NCBI GenBank assembly: GCA_027296045.1
Contig: JAPUJS010000354.1
Coordinates: forward strand, 1-36,716
DNA: 36,716 nt
Reading direction: 5' to 3'
Source: a bacterium
Lineage (GTDB): Bacteria > Latescibacterota > UBA2968
A model generated the notes under the pieces. That model searched no databases. It was not told the DNA's origin and saw nothing but the letters and a program-made list of their open reading frames with translations. This document shows, piece by piece, positions 16,744 through 25,477 of this stretch. A program made the position numbers and the translations under genes. The first letter of the stretch is position 1; every line of letters begins with the position of its first letter.

Positions 16744-17562
16744 CTAAAGGTAATTACGCTCCAACTCCGTACTCAAATAGGCAAACGCTTCTTGGGGCGA
16801 GTCCATAAACTGGAACAGTTCCAAATCTTCCTTATGGATCATGCCCCACCGGGCCATACCGGCAAAATTCAACACATCATTCCAATATTCTGACCCGTAA
16901 ATAACCATCGGAACCTTTTTTTTTGACATCTTACGAGTCTGAATCAGCGTTAATACTTCCATCAATTCGTCAAGCGTGCCAAATCCACCGGGGAAAATCA
17001 CCACGGCCTTGGCCAGATACACAAACCAGAATTTTCGCATAAAAAAGTAGTGAAATTCGAAATTCAGTTCGCGCGAAATATACGGATTGGGGGATTGCTC
17101 AAATGGAAGGCTGATATTGAGACCAACAGACTTCCCTCCCGCCTCAGACGCCCCCCGATTGGCCGCCTCCATAATGCCCGGTCCCCCACCCGAACAGACC
17201 ATAAACCGCCGTTTTCCCTTCAAACCCATCGACCACGCGGTCATCAAACGGGCCAGTTCGACCGTGTCTTCGTAATACCGCGCCAGCTTAACCCCGGATT
17301 CGGCCAGAGCGAGTTCCTGGTCGAAAGACGCCTTCCCAACATCCACCTTTTCCTGGACTTCCCGAAGGCGTTTTGCGGCCGCTTCGGCCGATTGAATCCG
17401 GGCAGACCCAAAAAACACCACCGTATCCCGCACCCCTTGCTGACGAAACCGACGCAAAGGCTCCAGATATTCCGCCAGAATCCGAATGGTCCGGGCATCT
17501 GAACTGTTTAAAAACTGGAGATTGTTATACGCCTTATCGGGGGCTTTGCGGGGATAGGACAT
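16744..17562 (-). CDS. LOG family nucleotide 5'-monophosphate phosphoribohydrolase
   Basis: FGSAR, SGGGPGIMEAANRGA, YFFMRK and PGGFGTLDE motifs. Confidence 0.93.
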   Translation of the reverse strand: MSYPRKAPDKAYNNLQFLNSSDARTIRILAEYLEPLRRFRQQGVRDTVVFFGSARIQSAEAAAKRLREVQEKVDVGKASFDQELALAESGVKLARYYEDTVELARLMTAWSMGLKGKRRFMVCSGGGPGIMEAANRGASEAGGKSVGLNISLPFEQSPNPYISRELNFEFHYFFMRKFWFVYLAKAVVIFPGGFGTLDELMEVLTLIQTRKMSKKKVPMVIYGSEYWNDVLNFAGMARWGMIHKEDLELFQFMDSPQEAFAYLSTELERNYL

Positions 17563-17619
17563 GAAGCTATGGTTCGATTCTGGAGAAGACCCAAAAATAG
17601 GAGGCCAAGTTTATTTCGG

Positions 17620-17712
17620 AAAATAGCCTGAATACCTCGACCTGTCAACCCATTTCTCAGTTCCAGAGAGCCCCGAAAAAGCCTTGCTTTTCCGCCAAAA
17701 GCATCCTACAAT
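17620..17712. promoter_or_regulatory. Back-to-back sigma70 promoters
   Basis: Minus strand: TTGACA (17648-17643), 17 nt, TATTTT. Plus strand: TTGCTT (17684-17689), 17 nt, TACAAT (17707-17712). Confidence 0.55.
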
Positions 17713-17753
17713 GATAGCAATTCCAACCAACAAAAGGAGGAACCAAACTGCCA

Positions 17754-17921
17754 ATGCTATCTGCTTATGCCACCCTCTGGACCTATCCCTGGGACCTCCA
17801 CGACGAAGGTCCCGAATCTGTACTTTCCCGCTTGAAGAAAAACGTTGGTCTGCAAGCCATCCGTCTCGCTTCGGCATACCACACCTTTGATGGGTCCAAC
17901 AAGCCCTCGAGCGCCTCGTAA
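17754..17921 (+). pseudogene. 55-aa N-terminal fragment of a larger TIM-barrel/glycoside-hydrolase-like protein
   Basis: MLSAYATLWTYPWDLHDEGPESVLSRLKKNVGLQAIRLASAYH... follows AAGGAGG. The YPWD..DEG...LA.AYH pattern is recalled as the start of a much longer hypothetical family. Its stop is 1 nt before the next ATG. Confidence 0.45.
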
Positions 17922-17922
17922 C

Positions 17923-19020
17923 ATGACCGATGTTTTGCTCGCCGTTCTCCTGGTTCTGGGCCTCCTCTATCTCTCCCTTATTTTTGCATTTGTCTTTGGT
18001 ATCTACCGGGTCCGTTGTGGTTCCGCCTCAAACACACCAGCCGTAACCGTCGTTGTCCCGGCACACAACGAAGCCGACCAGCTGCCCGCCTGTCTGGCAT
18101 CTCTGGCGGCCCAAACCTATCCCCCCGATCACACCGAAATCATTGTTGTCAACGATCGTTCCACCGATCAAACGCTTCAAGTCGCCCAGAGCTGGTCCGA
18201 TCAGTTGCCGGGGTTTCAGATCCTGTCGGTCGAGCAGCCCCTCCATGCCTGTCCCAAAAAAAACGCCCTTGCCCACGGCATTCGGGCAGGCACCGGAACC
18301 CTGATCCTGGTTACCGATGCCGATTGTCGCCCGCCCCCAGACTGGATATCCGCCACAGTCCGGTGCTTCGAACCCGAAGTAGGCATGGTCCTTGGCTTTG
18401 CGCCCCTTACCTGGGACGGGGGTTTTCTAAACGGTTTGCTTGCCCTGCAAAGCCTGGTTGTCAACGCCCTTGCCGCAGGCAGTGCCGGCGTGGGCTTCCC
18501 CCTGACCTGCTCGGGACGCAACCTGGCCTACCGGAGAACGGCTTTTGAAGAAGTAGGTGGGTTCAACGCCATCGGCCATATCCTGGGCGGAGACGATGTT
18601 CTTTTGATGCGTGAGATGGCCCATCAAACGGCCTGGCGCATCCGGTTCAATCCCGACAAAAGCGCGGCTGTGCCCTCCAATCCCCATGCCGACCGGCAGT
18701 TCCAGCGTCAGGTGCGCTATCAATCCAAGGCAATCCACGACACCACTCCGGTCTTGATTCTGGCTTTTGCTATATATATATTCCATCTACTGCTTGGCTT
18801 TGGACCCTTTTTCTTTGGGGCCAACCCATCGCTCTGGTTTGCGTGGGGTTCTATCTGGACAGCCAAGATGTTGGCCGATGGCCTCTTGTTGGGCTACACA
18901 GCCCTCCGACTTGAAAGCCCGGCGGCCCTGTGCTGGTTTCCGATCCTGGAATGCCTGCTCATCCCGTATGTTGTCGTCTTCTGTGCCCTGGGCGTTCTAA
19001 AACCTTCGAGGTGGCGCTAA
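17923..19020 (+). CDS. Membrane GT2 glycosyltransferase
   Basis: N-terminal TM, VPAHNE, VNDRSTD, KKNAL, TDADC, GGDD, RQVRY and C-terminal TMs. Start ATG 17923. Confidence 0.9.
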   Translation: MTDVLLAVLLVLGLLYLSLIFAFVFGIYRVRCGSASNTPAVTVVVPAHNEADQLPACLASLAAQTYPPDHTEIIVVNDRSTDQTLQVAQSWSDQLPGFQILSVEQPLHACPKKNALAHGIRAGTGTLILVTDADCRPPPDWISATVRCFEPEVGMVLGFAPLTWDGGFLNGLLALQSLVVNALAAGSAGVGFPLTCSGRNLAYRRTAFEEVGGFNAIGHILGGDDVLLMREMAHQTAWRIRFNPDKSAAVPSNPHADRQFQRQVRYQSKAIHDTTPVLILAFAIYIFHLLLGFGPFFFGANPSLWFAWGSIWTAKMLADGLLLGYTALRLESPAALCWFPILECLLIPYVVVFCALGVLKPSRWR

Positions 19021-20076
19021 ATGATCTCACTCAAGCTTCTTCCCGACATCCTCATCCGGTATCGACACACCCTGACGGCCCGGCGGGTCTGGAATGTGGC
19101 CAAAGTCGGCACATCCTTCGCCCTTTCCCGTCTCTTCAAACGGGATATCCGGATGGGAAAACCCTTCATCTTGATGGTAGAACCCACCAATTTGTGCAAT
19201 CTCAAATGCCCGTTGTGCCCCTCCGGAAACGGCGGTTTGACCCGCCCCCGGGGTACGATGGCCTTCGATACATTCCAAAAGGTCTTTGAAGAACAGGCCG
19301 AAGACATCTTCCTGCTCATGCTCTGGAATCAGGGCGAACCCTTTATCAATACCCGCCTGACCGACATGGTTCGCCTTGCAACAGCCCGAAATGTACCCAC
19401 CATCACCAGCACCAACGTGCACTATATCAAAACCCGGGAAGATGCCGAAGATATTGTCGACTCGGGCCTTTCAGAACTCATTGTCTCGCTCGACGGCGTC
19501 ACTCCCGAGTCCTATGTGCAATACCGGGTTGGCGGAAACTTCGACCGGGTCCTGGACGGCATTCGTTTGCTGGTCGCGGCCAAAAAAACCCTCCAATCCA
19601 GCAGCCCGGTCATCCACCTGCAGTTTATCATTTTCAAGCACAACGAATCCGAAATCGACAAAGCCCGCCAACTCGCTCGGGACCTGGGGGTGGACCGGAT
19701 TTCGCTCAAAACCGCCCAGGTCTACACCGAAGAAGAAGCAACCACCTTTTTGCCCGAAAAACAGGAATACAGCCGATATCGCTACGACACAGACGCCCTG
19801 ACCATGAATGGCAAAATCACCAACTCCTGCCGACACCTCTGGTACAGCACCGTCGTCAACTGGGACGGCGCCGTATCCCCGTGCTGCTTCGATAAAGATG
19901 TCCACTACGGCCTGGGCAATACCCTCGATGAAACCTTTGATCAGGTCTGGTCCGGACCTGCCTACACCGATTTTCGCAACGCCATCCTCACCGACCGGGC
20001 TTCGGTGCCGATTTGCAACAACTGCTCGGAAGGTCTGAAAGGAATGTTCTACGATATTGAAATCGTAAAACCTTAA
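19021..20076 (+). CDS. Radical SAM protein with a SPASM/twitch domain
   Basis: CNLKCPLC (CxxxCxxC), QGEP, SLDG and C-terminal C...PCC.D...CNNC. Confidence 0.93.
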   Translation: MISLKLLPDILIRYRHTLTARRVWNVAKVGTSFALSRLFKRDIRMGKPFILMVEPTNLCNLKCPLCPSGNGGLTRPRGTMAFDTFQKVFEEQAEDIFLLMLWNQGEPFINTRLTDMVRLATARNVPTITSTNVHYIKTREDAEDIVDSGLSELIVSLDGVTPESYVQYRVGGNFDRVLDGIRLLVAAKKTLQSSSPVIHLQFIIFKHNESEIDKARQLARDLGVDRISLKTAQVYTEEEATTFLPEKQEYSRYRYDTDALTMNGKITNSCRHLWYSTVVNWDGAVSPCCFDKDVHYGLGNTLDETFDQVWSGPAYTDFRNAILTDRASVPICNNCSEGLKGMFYDIEIVKP

Positions 20077-20079
20077 CCG

Positions 20080-21285
20080 ATGATCGACGCCATATCCATC
20101 ACCCTTCTCGTCGCGACGGGCCTCTACATCGCCATTGCCGTGGCCTTTACCCTGGGCCTGTTTCGATCCCCTGTGCGGACGGCCAGACAGGAAAACCCGC
20201 CCCCCTTTGTCTCGGTCGTCATTGCCGCACGGAACGAAGCGGATCAGATCGGTCCCTGCCTGGAAGGGCTCATTCGACAGACCTATCCTTCCGACCGATT
20301 TGAAGTCCTGGTGGTCAACGATGGATCCCAGGACCAGACCGCCCAAATTGTCTCTGACTATACAGGTCCCGAGTCTAATATTTACGGTCTCGATGTTGGA
20401 AGCGCTTTCCCTGACCTGGCGGCCAAAAAACGCCCCATGTCGGTTGGCATCGAGGCCGCCCGGGGAGACATCATTCTCACTACCGATGCCGATTGCCGCC
20501 CGCTCCCCACCTGGATTTCCGGGATGGTTGCCTGCTTCCAACCCGACGTCGGCGCCGTCATCGGATTTTCTCAGCTCAAGTTACCCGGCAGTCCCCTCAC
20601 CTTTTTCGAGCGCCTCCAGGCCCTGGATTTTCTTGCCCTGATGTCGGCAGCAGCAGGCGCAGCAAACCTGGGCGTCCCCCTGGCCGCATCGGGCCAAAAT
20701 CTGGCCTACCGCAAGACCCTGTTTGAACGCGTGGGCGGTTTTCGAGAAATCGGCCACCGCCCCTCGGGCGACGATGTCTTATTGCTTCAACTGATGCGCA
20801 AAGCCAAATCGGGGCGCATTGTCTTTGCAACCCACCCCGAAACCTTTATCAGCACCTGGCGATCCGAATCCCCCACCGGCTTCTGGCAACAACGCAAGCG
20901 ATGGGCCTCCAACGCACCGGTTCAGTTTCGCCTCAACCCTCCGTTTTTCGCCTATATCGCCTCTATTTTCTTGATCAACCTCCTGGCACCTGTGGGTCTC
21001 CTGACCGGATGGACCTGGTTTGGTGGCAATTTAGCGCTTTGCTGCTGGATCGGGAAAGCCCTTGCCGACACCCTCGTCATCTGTCGGGCAGCACGTCGAT
21101 TTGGCCGCACTGACCTGCTCTTTCTCCTCCCGGTTTGGGAATGTCTTCAAGTGCCCTATACCATTCTCATTGGCCTGGCCGGCAGCCTGGGAAGGTTTAC
21201 CTGGAAAGGCAGACAACACGCCGCACGGATTCGCCGATTTCAACATACCCACCGTGAAAGAGAACAACCCGATGCCGCAATGTGA
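20080..21285 (+). CDS. Membrane GT2 glycosyltransferase
   Basis: IAARNE, VNDGSQD, TDADC, SGDD, QRKRW and C-terminal TMs ending F.WKGR. Confidence 0.92.
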   Translation: MIDAISITLLVATGLYIAIAVAFTLGLFRSPVRTARQENPPPFVSVVIAARNEADQIGPCLEGLIRQTYPSDRFEVLVVNDGSQDQTAQIVSDYTGPESNIYGLDVGSAFPDLAAKKRPMSVGIEAARGDIILTTDADCRPLPTWISGMVACFQPDVGAVIGFSQLKLPGSPLTFFERLQALDFLALMSAAAGAANLGVPLAASGQNLAYRKTLFERVGGFREIGHRPSGDDVLLLQLMRKAKSGRIVFATHPETFISTWRSESPTGFWQQRKRWASNAPVQFRLNPPFFAYIASIFLINLLAPVGLLTGWTWFGGNLALCCWIGKALADTLVICRAARRFGRTDLLFLLPVWECLQVPYTILIGLAGSLGRFTWKGRQHAARIRRFQHTHREREQPDAAM

Positions 21286-22234
21286 ATATGTTGGTCCCAG
21301 CGGAAACCAGTGCCCCGAATCCGTCGCCGAAGCCGATACCTACTGCTTCTGGCACGATCGAGATGCCGACAAAAATGGCCCGGAAGTCAAGCAACAGCTG
21401 GAAGACAAAGTCAAAAACCAGATCAGCCTGGAAGGCTATGAACTCTCCCATGCAAACCTCGAAGACGCCTGGCTGATTGAGGCAGATCTTTCCTATGCCA
21501 ACCTGTCTCGGGCAAACCTCAAAGACGGCCACCTGTTTGGAATCAACCTGAACGGCGCCCAGCTCTTCCGAACCAACCTGGAACACGCCAATTTAAAAGA
21601 AGCCAACCTGGAAGATGCCGACCTCCTGGGCGCTACCCTGGACGATACAGACCTGGAACGCAGTAGCTGGGGAGATAATCATGTTCTCCGCAACCACAAA
21701 GAAGCGCTCACCCTTCAGAAACACGGCGACGCAGAAGGCGCGTTTGCCAAATACCAGGAATCGGAAGACATCTACCGAAAAATTCGACGCCGCTACGAAG
21801 CCGTGGGCCTCAACGATATTGCCGGTCATTTCTTCTACGGCGAAATGTATTCCCGCCGGATGCAAATGCCCCGATTTTCGTCCGCCCGATTCTTCTCCAG
21901 GCTCTTCGACCTGCTCTGCGGCTATGGGGAAGTACCTTCTCGCATCATCGCTTCATCACTCCTCTACATCCTCTTCAGCGCCCTGATCTATTGTTTTCTG
22001 GGCATCCAGAACGGCGATCAGGTCTATGCCTTTCACCCGAATGCATCCCTGATGGAAGACATCAAGATCTTCGGCTACGCCCTCTACTTCAGCGTCGTTA
22101 CCTTCACCACCCTCGGTTACGGAGACATCTCGCCCATCGGCTTTTCCCGACCTTTTGCCGCTCTGGAAGCCTTCAACGGCATTATTCTCAATACCCTGTT
22201 CATGCTCACCCTCATCCGAAAGATGACCCGATAA
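21272..22234 (+). CDS. Pentapeptide-repeat protein with a K+ channel pore domain
   Basis: ATG at 21272. N-terminal C..C..CFWH cluster, A(N/D)Lxx repeats, and SVVTFTTLGYGD filter between TMs. Confidence 0.9.
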   Translation: MPQCEYVGPSGNQCPESVAEADTYCFWHDRDADKNGPEVKQQLEDKVKNQISLEGYELSHANLEDAWLIEADLSYANLSRANLKDGHLFGINLNGAQLFRTNLEHANLKEANLEDADLLGATLDDTDLERSSWGDNHVLRNHKEALTLQKHGDAEGAFAKYQESEDIYRKIRRRYEAVGLNDIAGHFFYGEMYSRRMQMPRFSSARFFSRLFDLLCGYGEVPSRIIASSLLYILFSALIYCFLGIQNGDQVYAFHPNASLMEDIKIFGYALYFSVVTFTTLGYGDISPIGFSRPFAALEAFNGIILNTLFMLTLIRKMTR

Positions 22235-23409
22235 TGTCCAGATTGATTCGATCCATATGCCCGTTCCTCTGTATACTGCTCCTCTCTGTCACGCTCCATG
22301 CCCGGCCCCGCGCCAGAGAACTCGGCATCCAGATTGGTTTCTTCCCCCCTGGCCCCAACAACGCCATTACCGATGTGGAAGGCGTTCTGGTCGGCCACGT
22401 CACCCTCAATTGGGGAAGTGGCAAGCTCGTAGTCGGACAGGGTCCGGTGCGCACGGGCGTCACAGCGATACGGCCACATGGAGACGACATCTTCGACAAC
22501 CTGGTCTTCGCCGCTGCTGTAGCCCTCAATGGCAATGGTGCAATGACCAATATGGAATGGATCAACGAAAGAGGTCTGCTTGAAGTGCCTATTATCCTCA
22601 CCAACACCCTCAGCGTCGGCACGGCATACGATGGTGTGGTTGCCTACATGCTCAAAAAAGATCTCCGCCGGGTTCCCCTTCCCGTGGTGGCCGAATGCTG
22701 GGATGGCGAACTCAATGATATCGCTGGCCGACATGTCAAGGAAGAACACGTCATCCAGGCCATCGAGAAAGCCCGGGGAGGACCTGTGCCTGAGGGATCT
22801 GTAGGTGCAGGTACGGGCATGCGAATGGCCGGATTCAAAGCCGGCATTGGCACCGCTTCCCGCATACTTCCTGAAGCCAATGGGGGGTACACGGTTGGCG
22901 TTCTGGTGAACGCCAACATTGGGCCGCGATACCAGTTGATATTCGATGGCGTCTCCGTCCTCCAGGAATTGCAAAGCCCGTCCCCTCCCAGTTCCAGTAC
23001 CCGAGATGGCTCCATTATTGTGGTAATCGCAACCGACGCGCCGCTCATTCCCATCCAGCTTCGCAGACTTTGCAAGCGAGCTGCCATGGGAATATCCCGG
23101 GTCGGGGCTGTTTCACATGCCGGTAGTGGAGACTTCGCCATCGCCTTCTCCACCGCTCAGCGTATCTCAACCAGTAGTCAACTTGCTCCTTCAGCACAAG
23201 GTCGAAGAAAGGGCGTAGACACTGTAGAAACCGTGAGGGATGGCTACATAACCCCGCTCTTCCGGGCCGTCATAGAAGCCACTGAAGAAGCGGTCATCAA
23301 TTCTCTTTGTGTCGCCGACACCATAGTAGGCAGAGACGATCGGGTCAAACCGGGTATTCCGCACGATCGACTGGTTGAGATCCTGAAACGACACGGCCGC
23401 ATCAAATAA
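22234..23409 (+). CDS. DmpA/P1 family aminopeptidase (S58) with signal peptide
   Basis: ATG at 22234 (TAATG coupling). RARELG, NAITDV.GV.VGH, GSVGAGTGM, DGSIIVVIATDAP (Gly-Ser autoproteolysis site) and EATEEAV motifs. Confidence 0.92.
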   Translation: MSRLIRSICPFLCILLLSVTLHARPRARELGIQIGFFPPGPNNAITDVEGVLVGHVTLNWGSGKLVVGQGPVRTGVTAIRPHGDDIFDNLVFAAAVALNGNGAMTNMEWINERGLLEVPIILTNTLSVGTAYDGVVAYMLKKDLRRVPLPVVAECWDGELNDIAGRHVKEEHVIQAIEKARGGPVPEGSVGAGTGMRMAGFKAGIGTASRILPEANGGYTVGVLVNANIGPRYQLIFDGVSVLQELQSPSPPSSSTRDGSIIVVIATDAPLIPIQLRRLCKRAAMGISRVGAVSHAGSGDFAIAFSTAQRISTSSQLAPSAQGRRKGVDTVETVRDGYITPLFRAVIEATEEAVINSLCVADTIVGRDDRVKPGIPHDRLVEILKRHGRIK

Positions 23410-23447
23410 ACAGCGGTAGGTGGCAACGCAACTTTCGGAGTTCTCCT

Positions 23448-24905
23448 ATGACCACCATCACAGTCGGCCTTCTCATATATGTCCTGTTAACCCTTTTGGT
23501 TGGCCTTTATGCCGGGAAAAAGGTTCAAAACTCCGCAGATTTTCTGGTTGCCGGCCGCCGGCTCGGCATCTGGCTGACCACCGGCACCCTGGCCGCCACC
23601 TGGTTTGGCACCGGCACGGTTCTGGGCGCGCCAGGGGCAGCCTATTCGCGCGGGCTTCTCGGCGTGATCGCCGACCCCTTTGGCGCTGCACTCTGTCTCT
23701 TTCTGGCCGGATTGTTCTACGTCCGGGTGCTGCGCCGCATGGGGCTGACTACCATTGCCAGCTTTTTTGAAATTCGATTCGGCCCCCGGGCGGGTCTCAT
23801 CGCTGCACTCTGCACCATTCCTGCCTATGTGGGCTGGGTCGCCTCTTTGATGATCGGATTCGGCAAAATCATCCAGGAACTGACCGGTCTGGACCCCGTT
23901 ATTGGCACCTGTGCTGGTGCTGCCATTGTCCTGATTTACACCACCGCCGGCGGCATGTGGGCCGTCACCCTCACCGACTTTATCCAGGTTTCCGTGCTCT
24001 CCCTCGGCCTGATCGTGATGGCCCCCATCATCTTGCACGAAATGGGTGGTTGGGCCGCCATCCGGGCCCAGATTCCTGACGACCGCTTTTACCTCTATCC
24101 TCGAAACGCCTCTGCAGCCGTCTGGATCAACTACATCCGGAACTGGCTGGTCATCGGCCTGGGCAATCTGGCCGGCCAGGATCTCATCCAGCGCAGTTTG
24201 TCCAGCAAAAACGAATCCGTCGCCCAGAACAGCGCCTACCTCGCCGGCCTCCTTTACCTTTTGATCGGACTCCTGGCCGTCGGCCTGGGCATTGCAGGCA
24301 CCCAGGTCTTTCCTGGCCTGGAGGATCCAGAACAGATCATGATGAAACTTGCAAGAACCTACCTGCCGCCCCTCGGCCTCGCCATCTTTATGGGTGCCCT
24401 GGTTTCTGCCCTCATGAGCAGTGCCGACAGCGCCCTTCTGGCCCCGGCCAGTGTCATTGGCTGGGACCTGGTCCGCTTCTTCCGGCCACAAACAACCGAA
24501 CGAGAAACCCTGCGAATTTGCCGTTGGACGATTCCGGTTTTGGGATTGATTGCCCTGTTCCTTGCCCTGACACACACTTCGGTCTATACCTTAATGATCG
24601 ATTCCTGGTCGATTCTCCTGGCCACGTTATTTGTGCCGCTTACAGGTGGTATCTGGTGGTCCAAATCCAATATTCATGGGGCTTTATGGAGCATGATAAG
24701 TGGGTTGGTCAGCTGGGTCATCTTTCTCGAAATCTTGCCCGACCTGCCAGCAGACCTCTTGGCCGTTCCCGTATCTGCACTCTTTTTAATTGTCATCAGC
24801 CTGGCCACCGGACATTCCAGCCCGCCCCGGGCACTCAAAGACGCTTCAGGACACCCCATATCCTTTTCGGATCGACTTGGCATTCTGGGGCTTAAACGTA
24901 CTTAG
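23448..24905 (+). CDS. Sodium:solute symporter (SSS, choline-transporter-like)
   Basis: About 13 TMs with DFLVAGR, ATWFG, GGMWAVTLTDFIQ, QDLIQR and SALMSSADSALL motifs. Confidence 0.92.
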   Translation: MTTITVGLLIYVLLTLLVGLYAGKKVQNSADFLVAGRRLGIWLTTGTLAATWFGTGTVLGAPGAAYSRGLLGVIADPFGAALCLFLAGLFYVRVLRRMGLTTIASFFEIRFGPRAGLIAALCTIPAYVGWVASLMIGFGKIIQELTGLDPVIGTCAGAAIVLIYTTAGGMWAVTLTDFIQVSVLSLGLIVMAPIILHEMGGWAAIRAQIPDDRFYLYPRNASAAVWINYIRNWLVIGLGNLAGQDLIQRSLSSKNESVAQNSAYLAGLLYLLIGLLAVGLGIAGTQVFPGLEDPEQIMMKLARTYLPPLGLAIFMGALVSALMSSADSALLAPASVIGWDLVRFFRPQTTERETLRICRWTIPVLGLIALFLALTHTSVYTLMIDSWSILLATLFVPLTGGIWWSKSNIHGALWSMISGLVSWVIFLEILPDLPADLLAVPVSALFLIVISLATGHSSPPRALKDASGHPISFSDRLGILGLKRT

Positions 24906-25106
24906 AATTTGACCGCAAAAAATGTTTGTGTATGATATTAAATGTCTTTATATTTAATAATATGGTAAACAGTTTTTCAGAAATTGGATTTCTGAAATTT
25001 ATAAATTTATAATTTACAATAGATTACGAAATTTACGATCTATTTTGTAAGTTATTGTAGATATGAGATTTACAAAAATGCTCCATCTTCTCCTTTTGGA
25101 GTCCCT
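24905..25106. promoter_or_regulatory. Very AT-rich regulatory region with a palindrome
   Basis: TTGACC-16-TATGAT with upstream TG. 10-bp inverted repeat TTTCAGAAAT-TGG-ATTTCTGAAA at 24975-24997. Confidence 0.5.
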
Positions 25107-25421
25107 ATGACCTGGGTATTTGTCATCCTCACCTTGGTAGGAATCGGAATCACGGTTCGCATTGTCGTTGAACACCTGAACGAGTCCAGAGACCTGAAAG
25201 CCGGCCTCCAGCGCATTCAAAATGGCGTTCTGGATGCGCAACGTAAATTGGAAGAAACCAAGCTCTCCAAAGAACAGGCAGCCCAGCGGGTCGAAGAGAT
25301 GGACCAGGCCCTCAAGCAACTCCAGGCCACTGCCAACGAACTTTTCAACAAAATATCCCAGCATCGGGAAACCCAGGCCAGCCGTGGCAAATACAGGGTG
25401 TCTCCGGAAGGCGCATCCTAA
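25107..25421 (+). CDS. Single-TM coiled-coil protein
   Basis: GGAG SD, N-terminal hydrophobic helix, then a heptad-rich Q/E/K/L segment. Confidence 0.8.
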   Translation: MTWVFVILTLVGIGITVRIVVEHLNESRDLKAGLQRIQNGVLDAQRKLEETKLSKEQAAQRVEEMDQALKQLQATANELFNKISQHRETQASRGKYRVSPEGAS

Positions 25422-25477
25422 CAACCCTTATGTAATCCAGTTGATGGCCCGCCCGAACAGGGCTGGGAATCGGAACC

